Sequence record: OP778610
Reading direction: 5' to 3' (one strand)
From: Escherichia phage W70
Length of the DNA stretch: 64,000 bases
Below the pieces are notes generated by a model. It searched no databases. It was given only the letters and a program-made list of their open reading frames with translations, and had not been told where the DNA came from. The translations under genes were made by a program, and so were the position numbers. Of this stretch, positions 45,413-55,516 are shown piece by piece; the first letter of the stretch is position 1; each line of letters starts with the position of its first letter.

Positions 45413-46481
45413 TTACTGAAGAGTCAACCTGACCAGACAGATATTGACCATTTTCTAGTTCCTGTGGAGTCACCTGGACGTTTTTAGTATTCAGGTGGCT
45501 ATTGATCCAAGGGATCGGATTCTTCAGTGGCTTACTGATGAAACTATCTAAACCAACTGCTCGCATACGTTGGTCAGCCATATAATCTACGTATTGCCAC
45601 AGGATCTCTTTATTCAGTCCAACCATCGAACCATCTTTGAACAGGTATTCTGCCCAATCACGTTCTTGCTGTCGTGCCTGTAAGAACAACTCACGGGCTT
45701 CATCTTTACAATCTTCTGCAACTCGTGCAATAAGGTCACCTTCACGACCACTCTGCATTTCGTTCAGAATATACTGAGTACCCGACAAATGCAAGGCTTC
45801 ATCACGAGCGATCAGTTCAATAATGTTGGTGTTACCAGTCATGATACTACGCTCACCAAATGCAAACGAACATGCAAAGCTCACATAGAAACGGATTGCT
45901 TCCAGAGCATTAATGCTGTGCATACACAGATACAGTGCTCGTGCATGTGCATAACGATCAACTGACAAGTTCAAAGCGTAACGACTGTTCAACTGGAATA
46001 AATCGTCATACAGCCTCGTAACCGCATCTGCACGTTCCAGAATTTCTGGAGTTTTCATGATCTCATCAAGAATTGCAGAAGGATCACTAAATACATTTCG
46101 AATAATGTGTGTATATGAACGGCTGTGGATTGTTTCACTGAAACCCCAAGTCTCAATCCAAGTTTCCAAAGCTGGATCAGAAACAATTGGAAGTAATACT
46201 GCATTCGGGCCACGCCCTTGAACTGAATCAAGCAATGTTTGATACTTAAGGTTACTAATGAAAATATGTTTTTCATGATCAGGTAATCCCATAAAGTCAA
46301 TTCGGTCGCGGGTCACATCGATCTCTTCCGGCCGCCAGAAGAATGCCAACTGCTTTTCTGTCAGCTTTTCAAATTTGTTGTGTTTTTGCTTGTCGTAACG
46401 AGAAACGTTAACAGACTCGCCAAAGAACATCGGTTGTTCCATAAAATCAAACTGGTTTTTGTTAAAAGTTGTGTAACTCAC
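45384..46481 (-). CDS. nrdB: ribonucleotide reductase class I beta subunit
   Basis: 365 aa; di-iron ligand and Tyr-radical region motifs; uninterrupted. Confidence 0.9.
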   Translation of the reverse strand: MSYTTFNKNQFDFMEQPMFFGESVNVSRYDKQKHNKFEKLTEKQLAFFWRPEEIDVTRDRIDFMGLPDHEKHIFISNLKYQTLLDSVQGRGPNAVLLPIVSDPALETWIETWGFSETIHSRSYTHIIRNVFSDPSAILDEIMKTPEILERADAVTRLYDDLFQLNSRYALNLSVDRYAHARALYLCMHSINALEAIRFYVSFACSFAFGERSIMTGNTNIIELIARDEALHLSGTQYILNEMQSGREGDLIARVAEDCKDEARELFLQARQQERDWAEYLFKDGSMVGLNKEILWQYVDYMADQRMRAVGLDSFISKPLKNPIPWINSHLNTKNVQVTPQELENGQYLSGQVDSSVSASDFDFEL

Positions 46482-46536
46482 TTATTATCTCCTCTTCGCT
46501 AATCTGAAAACCATTATACCTAAACTTACCAGGAAA

Positions 46537-46878
46537 TCAATAGTTATTTCTTAAAATTTCAATCCCATACCGCTTAAAGACTTCCTTTGCTGCCATAAAC
46601 TTTTGTGCTGCACTTGGATTTGAAGTGTGAACAAACAGAACAGCAGGATACAGGATCGGTTTGCCAAACACAAGTTTTTCTTCTAACATTTCTAAGCAAC
46701 GGTAACCTTCTTTTGAATCTTCACCAAGATCATTGTCGAAATGCCATTCTGTTACCCGACGATACATTTTATTAGGGTCCTCAAGGAACTCTATAAACTG
46801 GTCAGAATTTTTAAACCAGATGGCATCATCATGCCCGTAATCTTTCGGATCTCTCAAATCATCAAGCCAAATCTTCAT
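46537..46878 (-). CDS. hypothetical protein, possible receiver-like fold
   Basis: MKIWLDDLRDP N-terminus and FDNDLGED acidic motif. Confidence 0.4.
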   Translation of the reverse strand: MKIWLDDLRDPKDYGHDDAIWFKNSDQFIEFLEDPNKMYRRVTEWHFDNDLGEDSKEGYRCLEMLEEKLVFGKPILYPAVLFVHTSNPSAAQKFMAAKEVFKRYGIEILRNNY

Positions 46879-46940
46879 CCTTTCCTCCTGTCTCGTTTAT
46901 GTGATTTATTATACGGATTACTTTACCAAAGTCAATAAAA

Positions 46941-46960
46941 AACCGCCCCAAAGGGCGGTT
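46941..46960 (-). terminator. rho-independent terminator (minus strand)
   Basis: AACCGCCC-TTTG-GGGCGGTT on minus strand followed by TTTTTT; shared terminator element. Confidence 0.7.
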
Positions 46961-46964
46961 AATT

Positions 46965-47153
46965 TCAATTGTACTTGTTGAGAATCTTAAACATATCTTT
47001 TGCAATATATTTATTGTCTCGACAACCAGCAAGGTTGTTACGAAGTGCAGCCATATAGATCTCTGTACCACAACCTGGGTATTTCGTTCCGAATCTTTTT
47101 GCCTGCCGTTTAAATGTCCAACGATCAATAAAGAACCACGAGATAAACTTCAT
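46965..47153 (-). CDS. hypothetical small protein
   Basis: ATG with SD GAGGAGG; 62 aa; track frame extends to GTG at 47171. Confidence 0.4.
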   Translation of the reverse strand: MKFISWFFIDRWTFKRQAKRFGTKYPGCGTEIYMAALRNNLAGCRDNKYIAKDMFKILNKYN

Positions 47154-47193
47154 ATTCCTCCTCAGAACCACCCCAAAGGGTGGCTATTCATTG

Positions 47194-49452
47194 TCACAAT
47201 TTGCAAGCACCTGATTCGCAACCATCATCCTCTTCATCTTCACCATCGCGAGTTTCTTGATAGTAAACAGTTTTCAAGCCAATCTTGTAAGCATACATCA
47301 GGTCACGCAGTACAATCTTAATTGGCAGTTTGCCACCTGGATAATCCCAAGGTTTGTAGAAGGTATTGGTCGAGATCGACTGGTCAATAAACTTCTGGAT
47401 GATAGCCATCAGGTTAAGATAAGCTGTCGGTCCGTTCATATCCCATTTGTACTCGTACACCACACCTTCCTCACCAACACCAGGAACCAGCGTCGGAAGC
47501 ATACCCGCAGGTGACTTCTTAAACGTCACCGGACCACGAGGAGGTTCAATCCCGTTGGTAGAGTTGGTGATCTGGCTTGATGTTTCACAAGGCATCATTG
47601 TGGACAACGTTGAGTTACGTAATCCGTGCAATGCGATATCCAGACGCAAACTTTCCCAATCTTGTTGCAATTCTGCGGTATGCAACTGATCAACTTCTTT
47701 CTTGTAGCGATCGATAGGTAAGATGCCACGAGAATAAGATGTTTGATCGTACCACTCACAAGAACCACGCTCTTTTGCCAACTGAACAGAAGCTTTCAGC
47801 AGGTAGAACTGGAATGCTTCCGCGAGTTTATGAACTTCATTGGCAGCTTCTGGCGAACTATATTTGAGTCCACGTTTAGCTAAGTAATACGCCAAGTTAG
47901 TCCAGCCAATACCCAAAGTACGACGCAGTAACGTTTTCTCTGCTGCAAGAACAGGGTAGTTCTGATAATCAAGCAGGTTATCAAGAGCACGTACCGTGAT
48001 CATAACAGGTTCTTCTAAATCTTCAAGCTTCTCGATCTTTCCGAGGTTGATTGCTGATAAAGTACACAGTGCAACTTCACCAGAATCTTTCGGGTCCTTA
48101 ATGTTATTGATCGGGGCCGTAGGTAATGCAATTTCCATACACAGATTAGACTGCTTAATCGGAGCCACATCAGGAAGGAACGGACTGTTGCTATTGCAGT
48201 GGTCAACGTTCTGAATATAAATACGACCTGTCTGGCTACGTTCTTGAGCTAAACGAGTGAAAGCATCCGTCGCTTCAAGCTCTTTGCGAGGAATGGAAGG
48301 GTCTGCTTCCAATTTCTCATACAGTTCTGCAAATGCTTCTTGATCCGAGAAGAAGTGTTTATACAGATCGCCGTTTGCTACGTTTGGATGGAAGAAACTG
48401 ATCTTGCCACCTTTCTGTAAACGAGTATAGAAGAACTTGTTGATCTGAACACCATAGTCAACATGTCGTGCACGGGTGCTTTCAGTACCACGGTTGTTCT
48501 TCATTACGATCAGATTTTCAAAGTCCCAGTGCCAAATCGGGTAGAAGTAGTTAGCTGAAGCTTTACGCAGACCACCTTGAGATGCCCAACCTAAAGATTC
48601 TTGATACATTCGAACAATGCCGACCGTACCTGCATGTTTAACTTCCCCGCCGCGAATAGGAGCGTCCTGTCCACGAATAGCACCAAAGTTCAAACCGATA
48701 CCTGCTCGCTGTGCTGCATACTTACCTTGTGCTTCAACTGCGGCAAAGATCTGGTTAATATCATCACCAGATTCAATCAGTACACAAGAACTGAATTGGC
48801 GAGTCGGAGTTCGTACACCACCCATAATCGGAGTAGGCAGAGAAACCTTCATGGTAGAAACCATATTGTACAGATCAATCACTTTTTGTAGACGCTTCTT
48901 AGGATCTTCTTTACTCATCAAGCACATTGCGATCAGCATCAGTGCTGTCTGAGGAGATTCAAAGATTTCACCTGTTACACGATCCTTGACCAGATATTTA
49001 TCTTCGTACTGACGCATAGCTGCGTAAGTGTAATCAAAATCACGGTCATGATCGATAACTGTATCTAAAAATTCAATCTCTTCTTTCGTGTAATCTGAAA
49101 TCAGATGTTCATCGTATTTACCGCGAGCCACAGTCATAAGAATGTGAGCGTACAGTGGACGAGGTTCAAAACCACCATAAGCCTGCTTACGCAGTTTAAA
49201 CAGAAGCAGACGTGCTGCTGGATACTGATAGTTTGGACTTTCTACACTAATTAGGTCCGCTGCGGACTTGATCAGGGTATCGTGGATCGCGTCTGTTTCT
49301 ACACCATCATACATCTGAATCTGAGATTTCATCAGGATATCAGAAGGACTTACATCATTAACCCCTTCACAAGACCAAACTACAACACGGTTGATTTTCT
49401 CAGCTTCGAATTTCTCTACAGAACCATTACGCTTACGAACAGTAATACCCAA
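47194..49452 (-). CDS. nrdA: ribonucleotide reductase class I alpha subunit
   Basis: 752 aa; ATP-cone N-terminus, C-terminal CESGACKL thiol pair; uninterrupted. Confidence 0.9.
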   Translation of the reverse strand: MGITVRKRNGSVEKFEAEKINRVVVWSCEGVNDVSPSDILMKSQIQMYDGVETDAIHDTLIKSAADLISVESPNYQYPAARLLLFKLRKQAYGGFEPRPLYAHILMTVARGKYDEHLISDYTKEEIEFLDTVIDHDRDFDYTYAAMRQYEDKYLVKDRVTGEIFESPQTALMLIAMCLMSKEDPKKRLQKVIDLYNMVSTMKVSLPTPIMGGVRTPTRQFSSCVLIESGDDINQIFAAVEAQGKYAAQRAGIGLNFGAIRGQDAPIRGGEVKHAGTVGIVRMYQESLGWASQGGLRKASANYFYPIWHWDFENLIVMKNNRGTESTRARHVDYGVQINKFFYTRLQKGGKISFFHPNVANGDLYKHFFSDQEAFAELYEKLEADPSIPRKELEATDAFTRLAQERSQTGRIYIQNVDHCNSNSPFLPDVAPIKQSNLCMEIALPTAPINNIKDPKDSGEVALCTLSAINLGKIEKLEDLEEPVMITVRALDNLLDYQNYPVLAAEKTLLRRTLGIGWTNLAYYLAKRGLKYSSPEAANEVHKLAEAFQFYLLKASVQLAKERGSCEWYDQTSYSRGILPIDRYKKEVDQLHTAELQQDWESLRLDIALHGLRNSTLSTMMPCETSSQITNSTNGIEPPRGPVTFKKSPAGMLPTLVPGVGEEGVVYEYKWDMNGPTAYLNLMAIIQKFIDQSISTNTFYKPWDYPGGKLPIKIVLRDLMYAYKIGLKTVYYQETRDGEDEEDDGCESGACKL

Positions 49453-49463
49453 TTTATTTCTCC

Positions 49464-49712
49464 TTATTTAGTTTCAGTTTTAGTTGCAGACTTGTTGATC
49501 AGGGTATCATATTTATCGACATTTTCAAGTGTCGGTTCACCTAATCGAACAGTTAATCCAGAATATTGATCGTGGTAAGTGTCGTCATAACCAAACGAGT
49601 CATCAACCAGATCATTAAACTGCAACCAACCTAAGTATTCATGCTTGCTTGCAAAACCACGCTGGAACCATTTAGTTTGTTCAACCGGAACTGTTAATTT
49701 AGATTTACCCAT
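49464..49712 (-). CDS. hypothetical protein
   Basis: 82 aa. Confidence 0.5.
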   Translation of the reverse strand: MGKSKLTVPVEQTKWFQRGFASKHEYLGWLQFNDLVDDSFGYDDTYHDQYSGLTVRLGEPTLENVDKYDTLINKSATKTETK

Positions 49713-49726
49713 AATATCTCTCCTTA

Positions 49727-50200
49727 TTATTTAATCAGTGTTTCAGAAAACTCAGGAAGATCCATAACGATTGTTTCGGAACGATCTTCTTTTCGTGTGT
49801 ACTTACGGGTATTCACCTTTTCAACAACCGGAATATCAAAATCTAAAGAGTTAACAAAAGCTGTTGCTTTTGAACTTCTAACATCCAGAATGTCCATCTT
49901 TTCATAGATATCTACCAGCGGGAATTCTGATTTGTCACGTAGACGTCCAGAAAACACTGTTGTTTCACGGCAAAGGTACGGCTTGTCGATACAACGCACA
50001 TTCACTCGGTTAATTCGGTCAATCTGGCAAGGTTTATATTCACCAGTCTCTTCATTCAGAATTGAAACTTGGAAACCGATCAGGTGAAGGACTTTACGAA
50101 GAGTTTTGTCATCCTTCGGGTCGAAGTTCATGATTTTTGCACATTCCAAAATGAAATCCAGAGTTACTGCACCGTATTTAACTTCTTTCTTAAAACCCAT
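49727..50200 (-). CDS. hypothetical protein
   Basis: start moved to ATG with SD GAGGAG 6 nt upstream; 157 aa. Confidence 0.5.
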   Translation of the reverse strand: MGFKKEVKYGAVTLDFILECAKIMNFDPKDDKTLRKVLHLIGFQVSILNEETGEYKPCQIDRINRVNVRCIDKPYLCRETTVFSGRLRDKSEFPLVDIYEKMDILDVRSSKATAFVNSLDFDIPVVEKVNTRKYTRKEDRSETIVMDLPEFSETLIK

Positions 50201-50287
50201 TTTAATCTCCTCGTACAACATTTTAAAAGTGGGGCAACATGCCCCAGCGCCGATAATGATATAAAATTAACTAACCAATGTCAATAA

Positions 50288-51310
50288 TTATTTTGCAACA
50301 TGTCCAGGAATTAACTGACGATGTTGAACAAACCCTTTCAGGTTACCACTCCAGAAGTTACCGTCGCGATCTACGTGAGTAATGCCTTCTTCCCAAGATT
50401 CTGGACACCACGGCACGTTCACCATGCTCTGCCCTTCTTCAACATCCTCACACGTTTCCTGGATCTCCTTCGCCTGATGCTCGAATGGAGAAGCGTGAAC
50501 CTTTTTACCCGATACAAGCTTGGCATAAATATCCAGAGCCTTATCTTTCGTATTGTTAAGACGACGATAACTTACCTGCCCACAACAAGAGGAAGAGATA
50601 GACAAAGCTTCTTCTTCAGACAGCATAATATGATTACCATCTTCATCCTGTACACAATACCCTGCGAAAATATGTCCATCGCCCAAAGGTCCAGAGTCGA
50701 AGCAATGATCTACGTAAGGAGTATGCCACACCCCAGGCTGTAACCATTCTGGAGTAGAAGCTTTATAAGCTTCGTGCATTTTCTTAGCCAATACTTCGAT
50801 CGTTGGATCTGCATCTGCATCAACACGTAGCCAGAAGAAGTTTTCAAATTCCGTTGCTGTAACGATAGTCTTCATCATCTGGAACGGTTCGATCAATCGG
50901 TTAGCAATCTGCTTATGGAACCCTGCCGTCTCGAAACGTTCTGCCCATTCACAGGCATTTTCCGCAGCCTTGGCCCAAGCTTCTCGTCCGGTACAGTACA
51001 GTTCATGACACACGCCACTTGTATCTTCCACCCAATCATACCATACTTTACCATCATGTTCTGTTCCTTTATCCTGCATACCAGGTTGGTTAGCACCAAA
51101 TCGAACAGGCATTGCCATATTTTCACGGATCAGTTTAACCATTGTCTTGATCGGCACTGCACGAGAAGACATTGCATTTCGGCTAAACAGTCGGTGCGTC
51201 ATAAGTTCTGAGTGAATGAATCGAGGATAGGTCAATTCAAACGTGGTGATACGAGCTTTACTACGGTAGCCAACAGAATCTGCAATAATACGGGCTTCAA
51301 TCATGGACAT
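50288..51310 (-). CDS. ThyX-like (flavin-dependent thymidylate synthase family) protein
   Basis: SELMTHRLFSRNAMSSR resembles ThyX RHR..S..R signature; SD GAGGAG; 340 aa is longer than typical ThyX. Confidence 0.45.
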   Translation of the reverse strand: MSMIEARIIADSVGYRSKARITTFELTYPRFIHSELMTHRLFSRNAMSSRAVPIKTMVKLIRENMAMPVRFGANQPGMQDKGTEHDGKVWYDWVEDTSGVCHELYCTGREAWAKAAENACEWAERFETAGFHKQIANRLIEPFQMMKTIVTATEFENFFWLRVDADADPTIEVLAKKMHEAYKASTPEWLQPGVWHTPYVDHCFDSGPLGDGHIFAGYCVQDEDGNHIMLSEEEALSISSSCCGQVSYRRLNNTKDKALDIYAKLVSGKKVHASPFEHQAKEIQETCEDVEEGQSMVNVPWCPESWEEGITHVDRDGNFWSGNLKGFVQHRQLIPGHVAK

Positions 51311-51326
51311 TCAAATCTCCTCTCTA

Positions 51327-51533
51327 TTAATTTAAATCTTCAACAAATTGTGGCAAGTAATCTTCAATTGGGCGACTCAAATCATTTTCTCTTACAATTT
51401 CCAAGTTAGCAAGTCTTTTCTTTGCCAAGTAAGAAATAAATTCCTTAGTATCTACCCTGTGCCCTTCTAGTGCCAACTTACCGTCAATATAAACACCTTC
51501 CCAATCTTCACCTTCGAAAAATACTATTTTCAT
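51327..51533 (-). CDS. hypothetical small protein
   Basis: 68 aa. Confidence 0.45.
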   Translation of the reverse strand: MKIVFFEGEDWEGVYIDGKLALEGHRVDTKEFISYLAKKRLANLEIVRENDLSRPIEDYLPQFVEDLN

Positions 51534-51715
51534 TTTATTTTCCTGATTTTGTAATCAACACGAACATCATACATAACGTGAAGATACATGTCAAACATTT
51601 CTTTGCACATATCGCTTTTTACTTTGAAGGAAGCCAAAAGGCTTCCATTTTCTTTAGAAAGGATCTCTACATAATCCCCTTCCCTAACTACCCACCTTCC
51701 TTTACCACATCTCAA
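51530..51715 (-). CDS. hypothetical small protein
   Basis: 61 aa; ATGA overlaps on both sides. Confidence 0.45.
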   Translation of the reverse strand: MRCGKGRWVVREGDYVEILSKENGSLLASFKVKSDMCKEMFDMYLHVMYDVRVDYKIRKIK

Positions 51716-52317
51716 GATTCTCTCTCCAAAATAAATTCAGCAATCGATGCCCAATCGCTAGTTACCAAGTCGTAACATCCGATCTCTTCTTCATCTTGAC
51801 TGAAGGGTGTATCATACTTGATTTTTACTACCTTGTCACTAAATTGATTCAAAAATTTATTACGATCATCAATGATGTAATCACCCGAAACTCCAGCCTT
51901 GTACTTTGTAGCATAAAATCCACACCCGTCTGTTCCATTTTCAAGGTCCAGGTTAGGGAAGTGTCTCTTCAAGAAACGAACCTTACTGCTAAAATGACCT
52001 TTCTTGCAATAAGAAACAAACCGAATAGGGAATCCTGCGGCATGTAACTTGTTGATTGCATCTACCGCCCCCGCAATAGGGAACATCTTATCATACAAGA
52101 AAGGATCTTCCCAATAATCATAAGGAGGGATAGCCTTCTTACAGCGATCAGGGAAGTACCGAGAAAGATTGTAATCAAAATACCCATTCTCGCTAATGTC
52201 CTTGTCCATAAGGTCAGAATCAGCCTCCATATTATAGATGCTTTCCATCCAGTGCAACCAAGGCCATCCAGAATCAACGATAGTTAAGTCAACATCCACA
52301 ATGATCGCTTTTTTCAT
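51712..52317 (-). CDS. HAD-family phosphatase, 5'(3')-deoxyribonucleotidase-like
   Basis: motif I IIVDVDLTIVDS and motif IV YIIDDR. Confidence 0.55.
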   Translation of the reverse strand: MKKAIIVDVDLTIVDSGWPWLHWMESIYNMEADSDLMDKDISENGYFDYNLSRYFPDRCKKAIPPYDYWEDPFLYDKMFPIAGAVDAINKLHAAGFPIRFVSYCKKGHFSSKVRFLKRHFPNLDLENGTDGCGFYATKYKAGVSGDYIIDDRNKFLNQFSDKVVKIKYDTPFSQDEEEIGCYDLVTSDWASIAEFILERES

Positions 52318-52956
52318 TTACTCTTTCCCCTCTGAGAGTTTGATAATTAATTTTGCAGTTTCAGTTAGCTTACCATTAACGTTTTCAACGTCGAAATCTC
52401 TAGGTCGTGCACTTTCAGGGAAATTCTCAGAGTAAATATAATTACGAGAATCACCTTCAAAAGTTAATTTATTACCTGTTCGTGGATCAGTACGATGTAA
52501 ACGGATCAGGGTGTAATCACCATTTACCGCTTTAACTACCGGAACACTTTCATGAATAAATCCACCATCAGAGCTAATAAATGTACAAGTATAACCATCC
52601 ATTTCCATACTTTTCGCAATATCTTTAACACGCTTGGCAAGAGCAACACCGAAGTATTCTTCCCCGAAGAGAGGCTTCGCAACATTCTCCGAGATGTGGA
52701 TCAGCCAGTTACGTGGGGACACTTGTTTACCTGCAACATTAAAATATGGTTGAGGTACTTCTTTATAATCACGGTGGTAAAGTGCATCCCACAGTTCACG
52801 ATTAATACCTGCAATACGAATAGCTAGATCGATAAGGGAACCTTTAAACTCCACATGAATACCCACGTTGTTGCCTACGGTAACTAACTGAGCGATCTCA
52901 CCAGCAAGAGCATCTTTACCAGAAAAAGCAGGACCATTCAAATTGATAAATTTCAT
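52318..52956 (-). CDS. deoxynucleoside monophosphate kinase
   Basis: P-loop-like NGPAFSGKD near N-terminus as in phage dNMP kinases. Confidence 0.6.
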   Translation of the reverse strand: MKFINLNGPAFSGKDALAGEIAQLVTVGNNVGIHVEFKGSLIDLAIRIAGINRELWDALYHRDYKEVPQPYFNVAGKQVSPRNWLIHISENVAKPLFGEEYFGVALAKRVKDIAKSMEMDGYTCTFISSDGGFIHESVPVVKAVNGDYTLIRLHRTDPRTGNKLTFEGDSRNYIYSENFPESARPRDFDVENVNGKLTETAKLIIKLSEGKE

Positions 52957-52985
52957 ATTAATCTCCTCTCAGTTTCACAATAAAA

Positions 52986-53005
52986 AACCGCCCCGAAGGG
53001 CGGTT
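52986..53005 (-). terminator. rho-independent terminator (minus strand)
   Basis: AACCGCCC-TTCG-GGGCGGTT on minus strand followed by TTTTTT. Confidence 0.7.
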
Positions 53006-53014
53006 AAATCAAAA

Positions 53015-54109
53015 TTACAGAATGTTTGCCAGCGTTTTCTTCATCGCTGCCTTCTCGCGAACATTCTGACGATCTCGTGCACAAGAACCACATTCTTGAC
53101 AACGATAAATCTTGAACTTAGACAAGAACGTTACTGCTGACTTACCTTCCTCAATAACCAGGTCGTCACTACCACAACGAACACAACGCATTGCCGTCTG
53201 ATCTTTGTGGAACAATGCAATGTTCGGATGTTTACGCATGAAAGGTCGTACAGTCAGATACAGTTCTTCCAGCGTTGGAATATCACCAATGTTATATTCT
53301 TCCATCTCTTCAAATGCGGTTGGGTCACCTTCAACACAACGTCGCCACAGACTGAAACCTTCGTGCGACAGCTTACGACTATCAAGTTCAAAATAGTTAC
53401 ATGCTGCTTCAAGTGCATTTGAAGGAAGAGAGAAAGCTTCTTTCAGTGCAGCCAATGTATCGATCGTAATGTAAGGACTTGGTGGTTGCATACCGTAGTA
53501 TGCGAAACGCTGATTTGCCCAACCACGGTCAAAGCGAGCATTATGTGCGATGAAGATATCACATTCATCCAGAACTTTCCACAGGTCTTCGATCAACTTA
53601 CGATCTGACTGGTGATCTCGTGCAAACTCTTCTGGATAATCCGTCAGCTTACGGCTGAAGATCGACGGGTTGTGCAACCACTTACCAGCGAATGTCAGCA
53701 TGTACGGTTCCATAATTACCTGCTTCGGTGCAATGAACTGTTTAAATCGTCCAAACGAATATGCAACAGAAGGAGATGTTTCAACGTCACCAAGGAAAAC
53801 TTTAGCACCTGGGTTCTGCTCTTTGATCTTTTCAATGAAATCTTTTTGAATCTTAGCAACAGGTTCACCACTCGACTCTTTCTGCTGCATATATTCCGCA
53901 TAGTTTTCGTAATCTTCATAGGCCGGAGTAATTTCAAGGAGTTCCTTAACACTTGAAACATCATTCTTTTCAATTTCACGACGGATCATATTACGAACCG
54001 TGGATTCCTGAGACTCTTTACCCAATTGGCGAGCTACTTCACGCTGAGACAGACCGTGTTTCATCAGTTGCAGAACTTGTTCAACAGTAAAAGTTACTTT
54101 ATTAGTCAC
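53015..54109 (-). CDS. DnaQ-like 3'-5' exonuclease with N-terminal HTH and C-terminal Zn ribbon
   Basis: Exo I GDVETSP, Exo II AHNARFD; C-terminal CVRCGSDD..CQECGSC. Confidence 0.6.
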   Translation of the reverse strand: MTNKVTFTVEQVLQLMKHGLSQREVARQLGKESQESTVRNMIRREIEKNDVSSVKELLEITPAYEDYENYAEYMQQKESSGEPVAKIQKDFIEKIKEQNPGAKVFLGDVETSPSVAYSFGRFKQFIAPKQVIMEPYMLTFAGKWLHNPSIFSRKLTDYPEEFARDHQSDRKLIEDLWKVLDECDIFIAHNARFDRGWANQRFAYYGMQPPSPYITIDTLAALKEAFSLPSNALEAACNYFELDSRKLSHEGFSLWRRCVEGDPTAFEEMEEYNIGDIPTLEELYLTVRPFMRKHPNIALFHKDQTAMRCVRCGSDDLVIEEGKSAVTFLSKFKIYRCQECGSCARDRQNVREKAAMKKTLANIL

Positions 54110-54119
54110 TAAAAACTCC

Positions 54120-54347
54120 TTATTTAAAAAATTCGATTACATCGGCAACAGCAAAGTCACGGATATCTTGTTTATCTACATCATACGCTTTCATAAACCA
54201 CTGTTCGCCACGATGATAGGGCGATTCACCATACCACATCACTGGCGTTCCAGTTACAGTACGATAACCACACTCACCTTTCCAATTGCGATAATAAAAC
54301 CGCAGGGTTGGTAAACCGTAGGTGTTATGGTCAACTTCTTGACTCAT
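54120..54347 (-). CDS. hypothetical small protein
   Basis: internal ATG with SD GAGGAGGG; 75 aa. Confidence 0.45.
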   Translation of the reverse strand: MSQEVDHNTYGLPTLRFYYRNWKGECGYRTVTGTPVMWYGESPYHRGEQWFMKAYDVDKQDIRDFAVADVIEFFK

Positions 54348-54909
54348 ACAAATAACCCTCCTCAAGTTTATCGATAAACGCTTTTACATAAAGAGTTATC
54401 ATCTCTCCTTTATCCAAGCTCTCATCGATAACTACATTGTATCTCAATAAAGCGTTCGTTGCAATTGTTTCTTTCTTTAATCTCTTCAAATATTTTTTCA
54501 GGTCAGCAACAATCTCACCATGAAATTTCCTTGAAGAGTAATCCCTTTCGAGATAGTCAGCCATTCTACGCAGAACTTCACTCATTGTCAAGTCTGTTTT
54601 ATCTTCCATATGTTTAGACCAAAGTTTTTGTACACCACCTTCGAAAAGGTTAAGAGTGCTTCCAATAACGCCCCTTACCTTTCCGTCGAAGTGGTCATGG
54701 TCCAAACAAGGCTTCTCCATAACTTCACCCAGTATAGCACAAACTCCTTGTTGGTCAAGCAATATTTCATCACGATATTTTGCTATTTCTTTTGACCCAC
54801 TTACCCAAAGATCCTTATTTAGTTTCACACGGATAGGTGTAGTCGCCTTATCCTTTGCTGTGAATAGAGGCTTCTTTGACCGCCGCTTCCTCACTCTCGG
54901 TACTCGCAT
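54331..54909 (-). CDS. recombination endonuclease VII-like Holliday junction resolvase
   Basis: CAILGEVMEKPCLDHDHFDGKVRG matches the EndoVII Cys and DHDH core; possible alternative GTG start at 54828. Confidence 0.65.
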   Translation of the reverse strand: MRVPRVRKRRSKKPLFTAKDKATTPIRVKLNKDLWVSGSKEIAKYRDEILLDQQGVCAILGEVMEKPCLDHDHFDGKVRGVIGSTLNLFEGGVQKLWSKHMEDKTDLTMSEVLRRMADYLERDYSSRKFHGEIVADLKKYLKRLKKETIATNALLRYNVVIDESLDKGEMITLYVKAFIDKLEEGYLYESRS

Positions 54910-55516
54910 GTACTCCCTCCAAGGCTAAAGCCATTAATAACTCACCATGTGTTGGTTCAAGAGGGTTTTCAAAATACTCTTCCATTCCGAAACGATAAAG
55001 TGACATTGGGAAGTTTATACTACTAAACAAGCTGTTGTCAACATTATTTTTAAATTCCGGTGGAACGTTCGTATCAAATTCCCTAAAGAATTCAGATCGA
55101 CTAGAGTTTATAAAAACCCTTAGAGCATTATCAAAAATTGGATTACCTTTTTGCTTAGTCAGATAAAGCAATTCTTTTAGCGAAGCCTTATCAGAAACAG
55201 ACTTAAAAGAATATCCACTGATGATGATCTCGTCAAAACACATACCCCTGACTTTTTGCCAGAAAGACCACTGTGCAGAACTGATCGTCTGAATGTGCAT
55301 GTTCAGCTTAGATCGTTCATTAAACAGGTTTATATCGTAACCACTACGATCTTTCTGATAAGAACCAAACCCCAAGCTATTTGCAGTGTGCTTCAGTTTA
55401 GCAATGAAATCCCCCCTTTCGAGGGTATTCCAACAGATCACTAATTTCTTACTCTGGTAAAACTCTTCAGATTCATAGCGTTCAATAACCGTTTCGTTCA
55501 AGGTAGCATCTCCCAA
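54848..55516 (-). CDS. hypothetical protein
   Basis: 222 aa. Confidence 0.5.
   Translation of the reverse strand: MGDATLNETVIERYESEEFYQSKKLVICWNTLERGDFIAKLKHTANSLGFGSYQKDRSGYDINLFNERSKLNMHIQTISSAQWSFWQKVRGMCFDEIIISGYSFKSVSDKASLKELLYLTKQKGNPIFDNALRVFINSSRSEFFREFDTNVPPEFKNNVDNSLFSSINFPMSLYRFGMEEYFENPLEPTHGELLMALALEGVHASTESEEAAVKEASIHSKG

Noticed and set aside
46862-47128. ORF 46862-47128 (88 aa)
   Set aside because: Conflicts with the 46965-47153 frame, which has a strong SD and is followed by a terminator; it also crosses that terminator.
41179-49452. Group I introns or inteins interrupting nrdA, nrdB or nrdD
   Set aside because: All three reading frames are continuous at the expected lengths (752, 365, 692 aa); the HNH genes are free-standing elsewhere.
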